64,000 nt of DNA from Octopus bimaculoides (lineage: Eukaryota), in contig NC_068997.1 of the NCBI RefSeq assembly GCF_001194135.2, positions 31,846,088-31,910,087 of the forward strand, read 5' to 3'. Both the position numbers and the translations under genes were made by a program. Below the pieces are notes generated by a model, which was not told where the DNA came from, ran no database searches, and saw nothing but the letters and a program-made list of their open reading frames with translations. Shown in pieces: positions 43,238 to 56,300 of this stretch (the first letter of the stretch is position 1; every line of letters begins with the position of its first letter).

Positions 43238-44393
43238 GCATTTAAATAAATAATTGGCAAATATATACTAAATATCAATAATATTTTACAAAGCTGAAAT
43301 GAAAAGCCAAAGAAACACACTGATATAGCTTTCTAATTAAAGACTTAATAAGGGCAAAATGGAATAAGCAGGACAAGAGGAGACACACGAGACAGAGGGT
43401 CACTGATGAGGTCACAGAATGTGTGAAGGAAGGACTTTAGTAGACAAATAAACTAAAAATAATACAAATATAACTAAAGTGAAGATCAAATAAATAGTAT
43501 GTTTAATTGGTAAAGAAAACAAGAAAAGGAAAAATGACCATCCCCAAGTATAACAATACATTATAAGAAATATTTCTACATTTCCATTTATAAGTAGTAC
43601 AACTGGGATGATAGACAATGTCTTTCATAAAGACAATGACAAATTGATTAAAAAAATAGATGTATTGGTATGTTCCAGAAAATAACAATATTAGCTTCTG
43701 AAAATGGTGCTAGAACATTCTTGCAAAGAATTTGTTAATCTTGATTATGTATATATTTTCAAAGATGCAGTGATGGTGGTGGTGGTGGTGGTGGTGGCGG
43801 CGGCGGTGATGATAGAATGCACATATTCCCCACCACCCAATCACCATGACTCTAAAAAAAAAATAAACGATTATTCGATAAAAACATAATTAGATGGGAG
43901 AATGAATAGATGCTTGAGGAATGATTTTAAAAAGAAACCATGCAGGTAAATATTTAACCAAAATCCTCAAACTTACAAGCATGCACAATAGCACCAATAT
44001 GCAATGGATGAAGAACTATAACTGCAAAATAAGAAGCTCTAAACTCGTATTTAAACAGCAAGAACATTATCTCAGCCATAGAGCTTTTAGCTGTAGAAGA
44101 AATGGACAGCATTGTAATAAGTTAAACACAATAAATGGCAGTAGCAGCAACTATTACATATTACAATTTGACATTTCAGGAAGAGAAAGTGACAAGAGAC
44201 TACTGAGATTCAGAGAATAGTTTTAAAAATGCAATTATTAATTCTGCACACTATCAAACTTATTGGAAGACTTCAGTGGTATATGTTGGTGGAATACAGT
44301 AATAATATTCTCACTAAATGTTGTGTTGATTTTTTAACATCAAAAATTTTAGGCTAAAACATTGGCCAAAATAACATGAAAATAGTAAATCTG

Positions 44394-44432
<39 letters not shown>

Positions 44433-45259
44433 GTGAACAACTGTGAAAATATGTTTTCACACATTAATGATCCAAATATCACAGTTATAAATAAATAAAT
44501 AGGACTATTTCTTGCTGAGAGAGAAGAGTGGAGTAGAAGAATCTATGAATTGTGTCATACAAGAGCAGATTAGCACCATTGGATACTGAAGGAGTCACTT
44601 GAATTGCAGAAAACAGCTGCTAAATCACCCCAGAATTATACCCTATCATCTTAAAAATTCAAAAGATAGCTTGGATTATATAGTCCTAAAGAGATTAGGT
44701 TTGAATATGATGAGATCTGGAATATTTAAGATCTGATTGATTAAAGACTGATCTCTACAGATTGTAATACATGTAATAATTGCCACTCATGTTACACAAT
44801 TTGTCACAATCTCTCACGATGTCTAATATCAGCCACTATTTAAATTACAAGTGGATTATGGTAATATCCTCACTAAATATTGCATTGAATATTTGACATC
44901 AAAAATCTTAGGTAAAAACATTGACTGAAATAACATGAAAATAGTAAAGGTATATCAGTAATTGGTTCTAAGACATGCAACTTAACTCAAAAATGAGGTG
45001 GCTTAGACACAGGTGTAGCTGTGTGCTAAGAAGCTTGCTTCCTAACCACATGGTTCCAGGTTCAGTCCTATCGCATAACACTTTGGTCTTCTACTATAAT
45101 CTCAGGCCTACCAAAGCTTGTGAGTGAATTTGGCAGACAGAAACTGAAAGAAGCCTGTTGTATATATGTATGTATAGTGCATCAGCATGGCCGCAGCTCT
45201 GAGCTGAAACTTTGAAATGAAAAAAAAAAAAAAAANNNNNNNNNNNNNNNNNNNNNNNN

Positions 45260-45319
<60 letters not shown>

Positions 45320-48300
45320 GGTAAGCAGAGTTAGTGGTTGAGTAACCCTCTAAGGGATAATAGTATCCGTATTTATTATCGGTATTAATTATCTGTGCTA
45401 TTCCTGGGCATGGGTATGCAGGCACACTATGCTCATAGGATACATGTAACAACAGAATAAACAAAAGTTTATCAGGAATCAAATTTAAATAATCAGAAAA
45501 TGGAGAAAACTTTTGTTCAACAAACAAAGTGAACCACATCAGTTGATTATTTTTTAATACAAAACATGACATACATGTATATTTAAAAAAAGAAGAAAAT
45601 GGAGTTTGGGAAATTAATAATGGTTCACTATTAACAGCAAATTGGTCTTCTTCACTTACAGCCATTTCTGTTAATACTCAATAAACATTAAATTTACATT
45701 TACGTGACATGAGCATAATATCATCAGAGGAAAAAAGATGTACCCTAGGATGCTAAAATGAATTCACAAACACATATATAGCATCCTAGGGTACATCTTT
45801 TTTCCTCTGATGATATTATGCTCATGTCGCATAAATGTAAATTTAATATTTATTGAGAATTAATAGAAACGGCTGTAAGTGAAGATTACCAATTTGCTGT
45901 TAATAATAAACAATTAACTTCCCAATCTCCATTTTCTTCTTTTAAATGAATATAAACTAAATGTTTTTATATATACCTATTATCTTAAGGAAATTCATCC
46001 CCCAAAATATTAGGTATTGAACCAATATTTCCTTGGATGAAACAATCCCTTCATGAGGTTAACACAACCTTTAATTAAATTTATATATTCAAGGTGCATA
46101 AGATATTTCAGGACAGATTTATGTTTATAAAAAAACATATAATAACAGATAATAACTTTATTTATCAAAAGATGCTATGAGGATAAAAATAAACCTTCTT
46201 TTCTATAATGTTATTTAATAAAGCCACCTTCAGCTTCAACAACTGCTTCTACATGAGATTTAAATCATCTACATGCTCGAATCAAGTGGTCCTGGTTCAT
46301 TTTGGACATTACTCTGACTATGGCAGCTTTCAAAGAATCTTTGGTGTTATGGGCATGTTCATTGACCTCTCTCTCAACAAAACCCCACATGTAATAGTCC
46401 AATAGATTGAGATCTGGGGAATTAGGAGTTCCAAAAAATAAGGAGTAATGTAATAATAAAAATGTTCAGCCATCCATTCCTGCATTACTAGAGCCATGTG
46501 TGATAGTGCAGAGTCTTACTGAAACACATATGGCCTTCCATTGCATACACTCTCTATCCAGGGTTTAACAATTATTTCCAGGACCTCAATGTAGGTAGCA
46601 GAGTTAACTCTAAGGCCTTGTGGAAAGAAGTAAGGAAACATCACATGTCCTTCATTGCTGACAACCCCGAAAACCATGAAAGTTGCAGGAAATTTTGTAT
46701 GCATAACACTTAGAACTTTAGAAGGGTCTGCACATAACCATCTGTCATTTCTTCTGTTAACTTTTTGATTTTGGTCAAAGTTTTTCTCATTTAAGAAAAA
46801 CTAAATCAAATCTTCCTCTACTAGATTTTTCAGTTTCTTAAGAGCTTTTTAGATCTGATGTCATGATTTTCTTTTGCTTTTTCTGACAAACTGACCTTTC
46901 CTCATCATATAAGACTTATATCCGATGTGTTCGTGGACAACATTTCTGACTGTTCCTTCTGACACATGGAGATCTTTTGAAACTGACGTCATGGACTTTC
47001 TAGGACATTAATCAATGGTCTGTTGAATTTGTTGGATAAACTCAGGTGTTCCAATGATTTCAGAGCATTTAGAATGCTTTTTATGCTTTGATACTGGTGA
47101 TACATTTCCCTCTTCAGTCTCTAGCTCCTTACAAACTTTGTAGACGAAAGATCTGACAAATTTTAAAAATCGAGATATTTCTAAATTACTATGCTCAGCC
47201 CTTATAACCACAATAACAGCATTCCTCTTCATTTCTTGAGTAAGCTGAAGGTCTACCATTATTATTTTCTGAAACAAAGATTATACAGAGTTAGCAAAAA
47301 ATGCAGCAATGATCCAAAAAAGGTATGTCCTCAAATACCTTACACACCCTGTATATATATTTTAAAGGATTGATATGGAAGACGGAGTGTAATAAAAGGC
47401 TTTATTTAACACNNNNNNNNNNNNNNNNNNNNNNNNNNNNNNNNNNNNNNNNNNNNNNNNNNNNNNNNNNNNNNNNNNNNNNNNNNNNNNNNNNNNNNNN
47501 NNNNNNNNNNNNNNNNNNNNNNNNNNNNNNNNNNNNNNNNNNNNNNNNNNNNNNNNNNNNNNNNNNNNNNNNNNNNNNNNNNNNNNNNNNNNNNNNNNNN
47601 NNNNNNNNNNNNNNNNNNNNNNNNNNNNNNNNNNNNNNNNNNNNNNNNNNNNNNNNNNNNNNNNNNNNNNNNNNNNNNNNNNNNNNNNNNNNNNNNNNNN
47701 NNNNNNNNNNNNNNNNNNNNNNNNNNNNNNNNNNNNNNNNNNNNNNNNNNNNNNNNNNNNNNNNNNNNNNNNNNTATATATATATATATATATATATGCT
47801 TGTGTCTTTGTGTCTGTGTTTGTTCCTTGCCACCACTTGAGAACTGACAATGGTGTATTTACATCCTGTAACTCAGCAGTTTGGCAAAATGACTGATAGA
47901 ATAAGTACCAGGCTTTAAAAAAATAAGTACTGGGTTTGATTCATTCAACTAAAATCCTTCATGACAGAATCCCAGCATGGCCACAGTCTAATGACTGAAA
48001 AAAGTAAAAGATAAAAGAAATAATTTAACTTTTAAAAATTAAGTTTTGTGTTAGAGGATTTATCTTGTCTGAAAATAACTAAACAAAAATGCTATGACAC
48101 TTTGTCATGTAAACTAATCAACAGTTTGAACAAACTAAAATAATTCTAAATTTTTTAAAATGACAGTAATGCTTCAACGATTGTTATAGAAATATAACCA
48201 ATTCTCTTGGAGAGATGAGCTCAGAAGATAGAAAACACATCCAAACACATTTATATGCAAACAGATGCATATCTGCCATGGGAAAAGGGTTAGGAAAGTG

Positions 48301-49913
48301 AAATTTATATGGAGTAAGTTTACATTAAGGAGTAGAACATTTATAAACATAATTAAGGGATCAGCAAACAGTTGCTTCACCACATACCGAAGTTCAGAAA
48401 TAGCAGCTAAAATGCTGAGACTCCATTAAGGAAGGAGTAGAACATATAATTTCCTGTAATTCAGATTGCCTCATGGTCCCAGCAGACAAAATAGAAGAAG
48501 CATTGCCCGGGAGGATGGCAATGGAGATGCACTGGAACAGCCACTCTGACGCACATGGCTCACACTTGCAGATAGCCATCTCCACCACAATAGTGGTGAA
48601 CAGAGATACAGTCCAGGGTCCTAAAACACTGGAAGACTCAACTGCCACATGCTTGACCATAAACCTGTCAGAGAGTGACTGATACTTTGACAGTTTGCTT
48701 TTCTTAGCCTGACAAGCAGCAGAGCCTGAGTTGGTAGCTGAAAACACCAAGTTGCCACTGGAGGTGTCGTAGCATGTGGCATCCCAGATGAGGAGTCTAC
48801 CACCACAGAACAGGAAAATTGTCATAGAAGCTAGAATATCCCTCTGACAAGGTTATTGAATTAATATCACTAAAAAAAAAAAATAGAAATCCATCTTTAT
48901 ATCTGTAACTGCCACAACAAGAATTATATTTATTTACATATATAAAAAAAAAAATTAAATATTTAATTACAAATATCAGTGAAGGCACATAGCTCAGTGG
49001 TAAGAGCATCAGACTCACAATCATGAGATAGTGAGTTTGATTCCTGGACTGGGCTGTGTTGTGTTCCTGAACAAGACATTTTATTTCACATTGCTCAAGT
49101 TCACTCAGCTGTAGAAATGAGTTGCCAAGTCACTGGTGCCAAGCTGTATCGCCCTTCGCCCGTCCCTTGGATAACATTGGTAGCATGGAGAGGGGAGGCT
49201 GGTATGCATGAGTGACTGCTGGTCTTCCATAAACAACCTTGCTCAGACTTGTGCCTGGGAGGGGAACTTTCACGGTGCAATCCCATGGTCATTCATGACC
49301 AAAAGGGGTCTTTACCCTTTGACATATATCAGCATCATCAGCTTCATCATAATCAGTTTAACTTTTCCATGTTTACACGGGTCAGACAGAATTCACTGAG
49401 GCAGATGTTCTATGGTTGGATACCTTTTCTGCTATCAATCCTCATCATCTGTTTCCAATCAAGGTAATATTTTCCATTAGAAAGGCTGTCAGCTGACAGA
49501 ATCGTTAGCATGATGAGCAAAATGCATCACAGCATTTCCTCTGTCTCTTCATTCTGACTTCAAATTCCACCAAGGTTGACTTTGCCTTTGATCTTTTTGT
49601 AGTCAATGAAATAAATACCAGTTGAACGCTGGGGGTCAATGTAATCAACTTACCCTCTCCCCTGAACTTGCTGGCCTCCTGCCAAAATTTGAAACCAATA
49701 TTTCTGAGGAAAGACTGGAAACAAAGAACATCACTTGTATGAAGCTGATGCTCATATATTATCAACACATGATGCCAGACAAAGGTACATGCACACACAC
49801 ACATACGACAGGCTTTAGTCAGTCCGGTATATAGTAGAAGACAAACTCCCAAGATGTTTTGCAGTGGGACTAAGCCCAAGCCGACATGGTTTGGAAATCT
49901 GCCCCTATAATGT

Positions 49914-49963
<50 letters not shown>

Positions 49964-50286
49964 CACACAATTGCTTTTGAAAAGGCAGCAAAATGAGACA
50001 TATAAGTGTAGACTTAAGAAATTGTAAGAATATGCCTTCAGGGCATTTATCAGCTTCAGTATGGATGTATCCCCATATTAAATTCCTAAATAGCATCCAT
50101 ATTCCTTGCAACTGAACTTCGTGCCATGTAAAAAGCACTGGTGATGGTGCCACATAAAAAAGTTCCCAACATGTTCTATAAAATGGTTGGCATTAGGAAG
50201 GGCCTCCAGCCTCTGACCTTGCCAGTTTTTGTCAAGTTGTCTAACCCACGGTAACAGGGAAAACAGACGTTAAATGTTGTTGTTGT

Positions 50287-50332
<46 letters not shown>

Positions 50333-53300
50333 AAGGATGATGATGATGATTTTCTAGCAGGTGCTGCAAAAATATGATATCTTCATTTACCTTAGTTTCT
50401 GAAATCCAAGAAATTAGTGTTGACTCCAAGAGATATTTCATTGCTGGATATCTTTGTGAGTTTATAACTGCAGGATCCAAGAGCTCTGTCAATGGCTGAA
50501 CCAACACTATTTCTCCCTAAAATTAGAGATATCAATCAAAATAAATACCTCAGTTTTCATTGATATCTTCTCTAATCAATTTCAACACACAAACATGTAT
50601 TGCTAATCAATACACAAACATGTATATATTCTTTTATTCTCTAACTGATATCAGTCATATCAATCTAAATGCTTATTATAATCTGGTACAACTTTAAAAG
50701 TCTTTATTTGTCAATATGTGTGTGTGTGTGTGTGTGCGCGCAGCACTGGGTTAACCATTAAGCAAAATAAGCATGTGCTTAGAGCATCAAGGGAAGGGGG
50801 GAAACCACAGAAATGGTAAATGGTTTACAGCATAAAAATTCCCTTAAACTTGCCAAAGTAATATTCGATGTGGTTTTATATGATTGGAAATCTAATTTCA
50901 AAGTGTTCATAGTGTGAAACTAAAACATTAATTTTCATATTTCTGTTGTTTTTGTTTCATTTTGAAAAATTCTTATAGTTTATTATTATTTATATTTTGA
51001 ATTACATAAGGGAGCAGCAAAATCTATTTTAAGTGCTTAGGACCTCTATGGCTCTTAATCCAGCCCTGAGTGTATGTATGGCCTTTGGTCTTACAAACTT
51101 CATTTGATGAATGAAGGATTACGACAGTGCTTTCATCTATAATATTACAAATCCTGAGACAATTATAGAATATATTAGTTCCAAAATATAGAATATGCAG
51201 GTATAATGCAAATACTTCACAGAGTGACAATCATGCTCTACATAGTTATGGGCTTCACTTTGGCAAGGCATAGTACCTATTCAGGCACCCTACCAGGATA
51301 AGGTGAAGTCATGGGCCTACAGCATGGTGAATTGTGAATAGGTAGCATAAAAGCTCAAATGAGCCAACATTGCTTCTTACATTGATGTTGAGCTGAGGAA
51401 TCCTAGATTATCAAGTTCCACCAAGAAAGTAACTGCAACTCATCCATAGGAATGGCATCCATGGGTGGGGGGCATCCATGGTTGTGTTATCAGCTAATGA
51501 AAGAGTTACTATCACTCAAGCTTCCCAGTTCAAATCCATAATAATGGAATTAGATGGCAATGGAGAGTCGTGGGGTACCATAAAAGCAGCAGAAAAGTTC
51601 CAAACCTAAGTAAATCACAAATAGTGATTCTCCTCAAAAATATGTGACATTACATTCTTCGTCAGTTATAAAAAAAAAATTGGATTTTGTTTACATAGCT
51701 ACTTCAGATCAGCTATAAAAGAGAAGTGAAATATAACTTTTTAATAACTTTTTAGAAGAAGGATGCCACTTATGCCTTTTTGAATGCTTGCAGTGCCTAA
51801 GAGATTGGTGAGAAGTCTACTCTGATTGGAGACCTTGACTAAATGCTTGCAATAAAGAGTACCCAGTTAAGGGCACGCTAGGACAGGGTGGTGGTGTTAA
51901 ACATTTTGTTACCATATTTCTGTTGAAATATTCTACCTTTATTTCAACTGTTTTAAAAAATATGAAGAATTCATGAAAATGACTTTGCCAATATTAAGTT
52001 GGTGTTTGGAACATAAATTGGCAAGGAATTTTGGCAAAAAGTTTAAACTTAGATCCACTTTCAATTAGAAAATTTGTATCATAGAAGCAAGGGCAATATC
52101 AGGTGGTTTGATACCAAAAGGCTTAAACTGAGTGGTGGATTAAGTCAACCACCCAAGATCAAGAATAATCTGACTCCCAGAAGGATTCCACACAGTTTCT
52201 GTCACCATGATTTGGTCAACAGACTTGTGGAAGACAATGCTTACCTAAGCATTGTCTTGAGCTCAATTCCATTGCATGGAATTGAACTCAAAATCATGTA
52301 GTTATGAAACTAACTTCATAACTACACAGCTATGCCTGTGCAATATGGTGATCATAATTGTCTCAAGTACATCTGTCATGACAGTGAAGTGAAATAACCG
52401 CATTTACATGTGCAGATCACCAGCAAATATGACATTTGAGAAGAATAAAAATTTCAAAAATTAATTCCCAGAAAAGAAACTATTTTGTTTTTTAATAAAT
52501 GATAAACCAGCTTTACAGGTTTATGAGTTTCAAGTTTTATCAAACTGTTTATCATTGATTTTATCACAGTGACAGAACTGAATTACTTTCCTTTATATAT
52601 GCACAATGTAAGAGACATTATCATGTCTGAGACCAAATGCTATAATGTATTTGGTCACATACCTTTACATTCAGAGTTCAATTCCTTCTCAAGCTGACCA
52701 TGTCAATAAAATAAATCATAAATAAAGTACTATCCTTGAACACAGATATTCCATAAGGGTCATATTCTTATGATTGAACCAGAAATACAATGAAAGAATA
52801 CTAAAATATATTCTAGTCTTCATTTTTAACAAAAGTCACCTGTACTTGTGTAGAAACATATTTATCAACTCTTGTAGTTTTCAAAATTATACTAATACAT
52901 AAATATTTTTCTGGATAACAACTTTTCTCCAATAGTCTTTCTCAGCTAAATTGTTTGATTCCAATATTTTACAATAATCCAATTAAATATATGTATTAGT
53001 ACAACAAGAATTCCATCATAGCCATTAATTTTAACTTGTAACTTAGTTTGAACCAGTAACTCTAAAATACATCTATTTTTTTTCCCCTGAGTTTCACAAG
53101 TCTGATTACTACATGTATTCTGTCATCACCCTATGACATATTTGGTTGTTAAAATAATTATTTTGTCGGAATATGTTTGGTACGATAGAGTGAAATGTGT
53201 TTTAGTTTTCTTATGGAGACTGAATTCTTTTAGAGGAAGTTAGATGAGAATTTTGTCAGTCAAACTTTTCCAAGTATATTGAAAATGGCTTAACCTGTTC

Positions 53301-56300
53301 ACATTCCAGTCCAAATGTTCTACTTCTTTTATGGTCAAAATGCCTGGAACTAGCTCTTTGCACCTACCCCCAATGTCATTCTAATAATAAACAGTCACAT
53401 CATTAAAATCTTGTAGCTATGAGATAATGCACAATTAATTTTTTAAAAGGTGCAAATAAATGTAAATAGGTGCAGGCACGGTCATGTGGTAAGAAGTTTG
53501 CTTCCCAACCACATGTTTCTAGGTTCAGTCCCACTGTGTGGCACCTTGGGCAAGTGTCTTCTACTATAGCCCCAAGTTGACCAAAGCCTGATGAGTGGAT
53601 TTGATAGATGAAAACTGAAAGAAACCCATCGTGTGTGTGTGTGTGTGTGTGCGTGTGTGTGTGTGTGTGCGTGTATGTGTGTGTGTGCGTGTGTGTGTGT
53701 GTGTGTGGTGTCCCTCACCCCTGCTTGACAACTTGACAGCTAGTGTTGGTGTGCTTACATCCCTGTAACTTAGCAGTTCAGCAAAATAGACCAATAGAAT
53801 AAGTATCAAGCTTAAAAAAAAAAATAAGTCCCAGGGTCAATTTGTTTGATTAAAACCTTTCATAGCAGTGCTGCAGCATGGCCACAGTTAAATGACAGAA
53901 GCAAGTAAAAAAAAAGTAAAAGAAATAAGCATTACATCTGACAGAATAATCTGAATGCTAAAAGGTTAAAATGATTCAAAACAATAAATGTTTCTAGAAT
54001 CAGAGTTAAATAGTAATTGCAATAACTGAAATCTGGATACAGTGCCAACACAACAAAACTTCCTTCCCCTAGTACCAACCATTTTAAAATATATTTACTT
54101 TAGCCATTTTGTCTGCAACTTCAACAGAATAGAATAAACTGTGCAGAACATTGAGTATTTTGTTGCTTTCATGGTTTGTTGTCTTTGAAAGAACTATATT
54201 ATTGCAGATGAAAGGTAGAAATATTTCTTTGATTTCCAAATATAGGTGCTCCATTGGAATAGGAAGACATTCAAAATACAGGATTTCATCATCTGTGAAA
54301 AATATATATATTGTTTTAAAATATCTAAGAAATATGTTATTAATGACAGAAGAAATATTAGTTCAAAATAATAATTGGTAAATCATACTTAAAGCAGATA
54401 CATCATTGGAACCCTTTTAAACTGTGTTATTTTTCTCAAGTAAGCATCTCCTGTACACATATTGTGTTAAAAAAACACAAAAAACACTGCTGGACAATTT
54501 TTGCTACTGACACATTTCTGTTTTCTAAAATACTATATGTCTATAAGAGATGCTTTTTCAATATGAATATTGCATTTTAGATGTCCTCCAACAATGTCTA
54601 CTTTAACCCTTTAGCATTTAAACTGGTCATATTCAACCCCAAATGTTCAAACTAGCCAGATCCAGCCTCCTACACCCATCCAACAATGTCATTCTAAAAA
54701 TAAACAATCACACCATCAAAATCTCAAAGCTGTGAGTTAATGCATGATTAATTCAAACAATGTGAATAAATAAACATTACATTCAAGAGAGAAAGAGTTA
54801 AGCATGATACAAAGATGACTATGTAAGGAATGTTTCATTGAGGCTGGAGTTTCTGTATTATAATAGATGTATAGTATACTGCTAAACAAATTTGGTTTGT
54901 TATTCAATTAAAATGTTATCAGAATGTACAAAACTAAATGTAAAATTGAGATATGAAGTCAAAGTACATTTCATAACAAAGAATACTAGTTCAATTACAA
55001 GAATACAAAATCAATTACCAATACCTGTTGTCAAGCAGTGGAGGAAGAACACATACACAGACACACCCATACACATACATATACATATGTACACAGACAC
55101 ATACACAGATATAGATTCAGCTGTTTTCCACACAGTTTCCATCTATCAAATTCACTCCAATGGCATAGATTGGGTCAAGGTTGCAAGAAGACAGTGGGAT
55201 TGAACCAAAAATCACATGGTTGCAAAATGAACTTAACCACACAGCTATGCCTGCACCTATAAGATAGAAATTGATTGGCAGAGGTGGGATTTGAACCCAT
55301 ACTTCAGTCTGTAATCTGTGGTCATGCACCATCATTTCTATACATATAACAAAATAACAAATAATATTTTTCAAGATTCTCAAACATTATAAATTTATTA
55401 AAGCCTTAAATTATATATTTTTTTTTTTACATTCTGAGTTCAAATCTTGTCAAGGTCATCTTTGCCTCTCATCCTTCTAGAGTCAATAAAATAAAGCACC
55501 AATCAACTACGAGAGTTGGTTTAATCAACTACCCACTCCCCATAAACATGTGTCCTTGTACCTATGTCAGAAATTCTAATTGTGAATTATTATTATTATG
55601 AAATATGTTTAGAAATAACTCCCAAAGTAGTATCGGATATTGTTGTACTTTGGGATGGCCATTTATTTATTTATTTATTTATTTATTTTGCCAAATAAAC
55701 ACACGCACTAATATATTCATTCTTCACTCATTTATTACTGTTCTTATTCTGACATGTTCATTGTCCGGAAATCTTTTGTCACACATCTGTGACCTCCTCA
55801 GCAACACTTTCCATCTTTGTGTGTGCTCTTGCTCTGCATATTCCATTCTGTTCTACTGTGATGTGTATCCTTATATGCATATGCGTCTGTATTTACATGT
55901 GTGTGTGTACATGTGTGTGTATGTGTGTGTGTGATTGTTCTTAGTAGCAATATGACCCTCTCCCCAGCATCATCCCCTACTCCATTTCTGCTACTGCTGC
56001 CCTCGAATCTGACTATGTACCATTCTTGTAACTTTATTTTATGTGCATAAAAGTTTGTGAATATTTTAATCTGATGATATCCAGCCAAAATATTCTGCCT
56101 CTATTATGTTCAAACTGGCCAGATCCAACATCTCTCACCTGTCCTACAATGTCATTGTAAAAATAAACAATCACATCATTGAAATCTTGAAGCCACAAGC
56201 TATATCTTTTATCACTTATCTTTTATTTGCTTCACTCATTAAGCTGTGGCCATGCTGAAGCACTGCCTTGGGGAATTTTAGTTGAACTAATCAATCCCAG

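Noticed and set aside
48979-49060. tRNA-like sequence with A and B boxes (also the heads of other SINEs)
   Set aside because: No complete cloverleaf; it continues into a SINE body.
52840-52934. Possible extra minus-strand exon ([32 protein letters not shown], donor CAG|gtgact)
   Set aside because: No pyrimidine-rich acceptor, incompatible phase, and the flanking exons 54099 and 50516 already join in frame with colinear DHC motifs.
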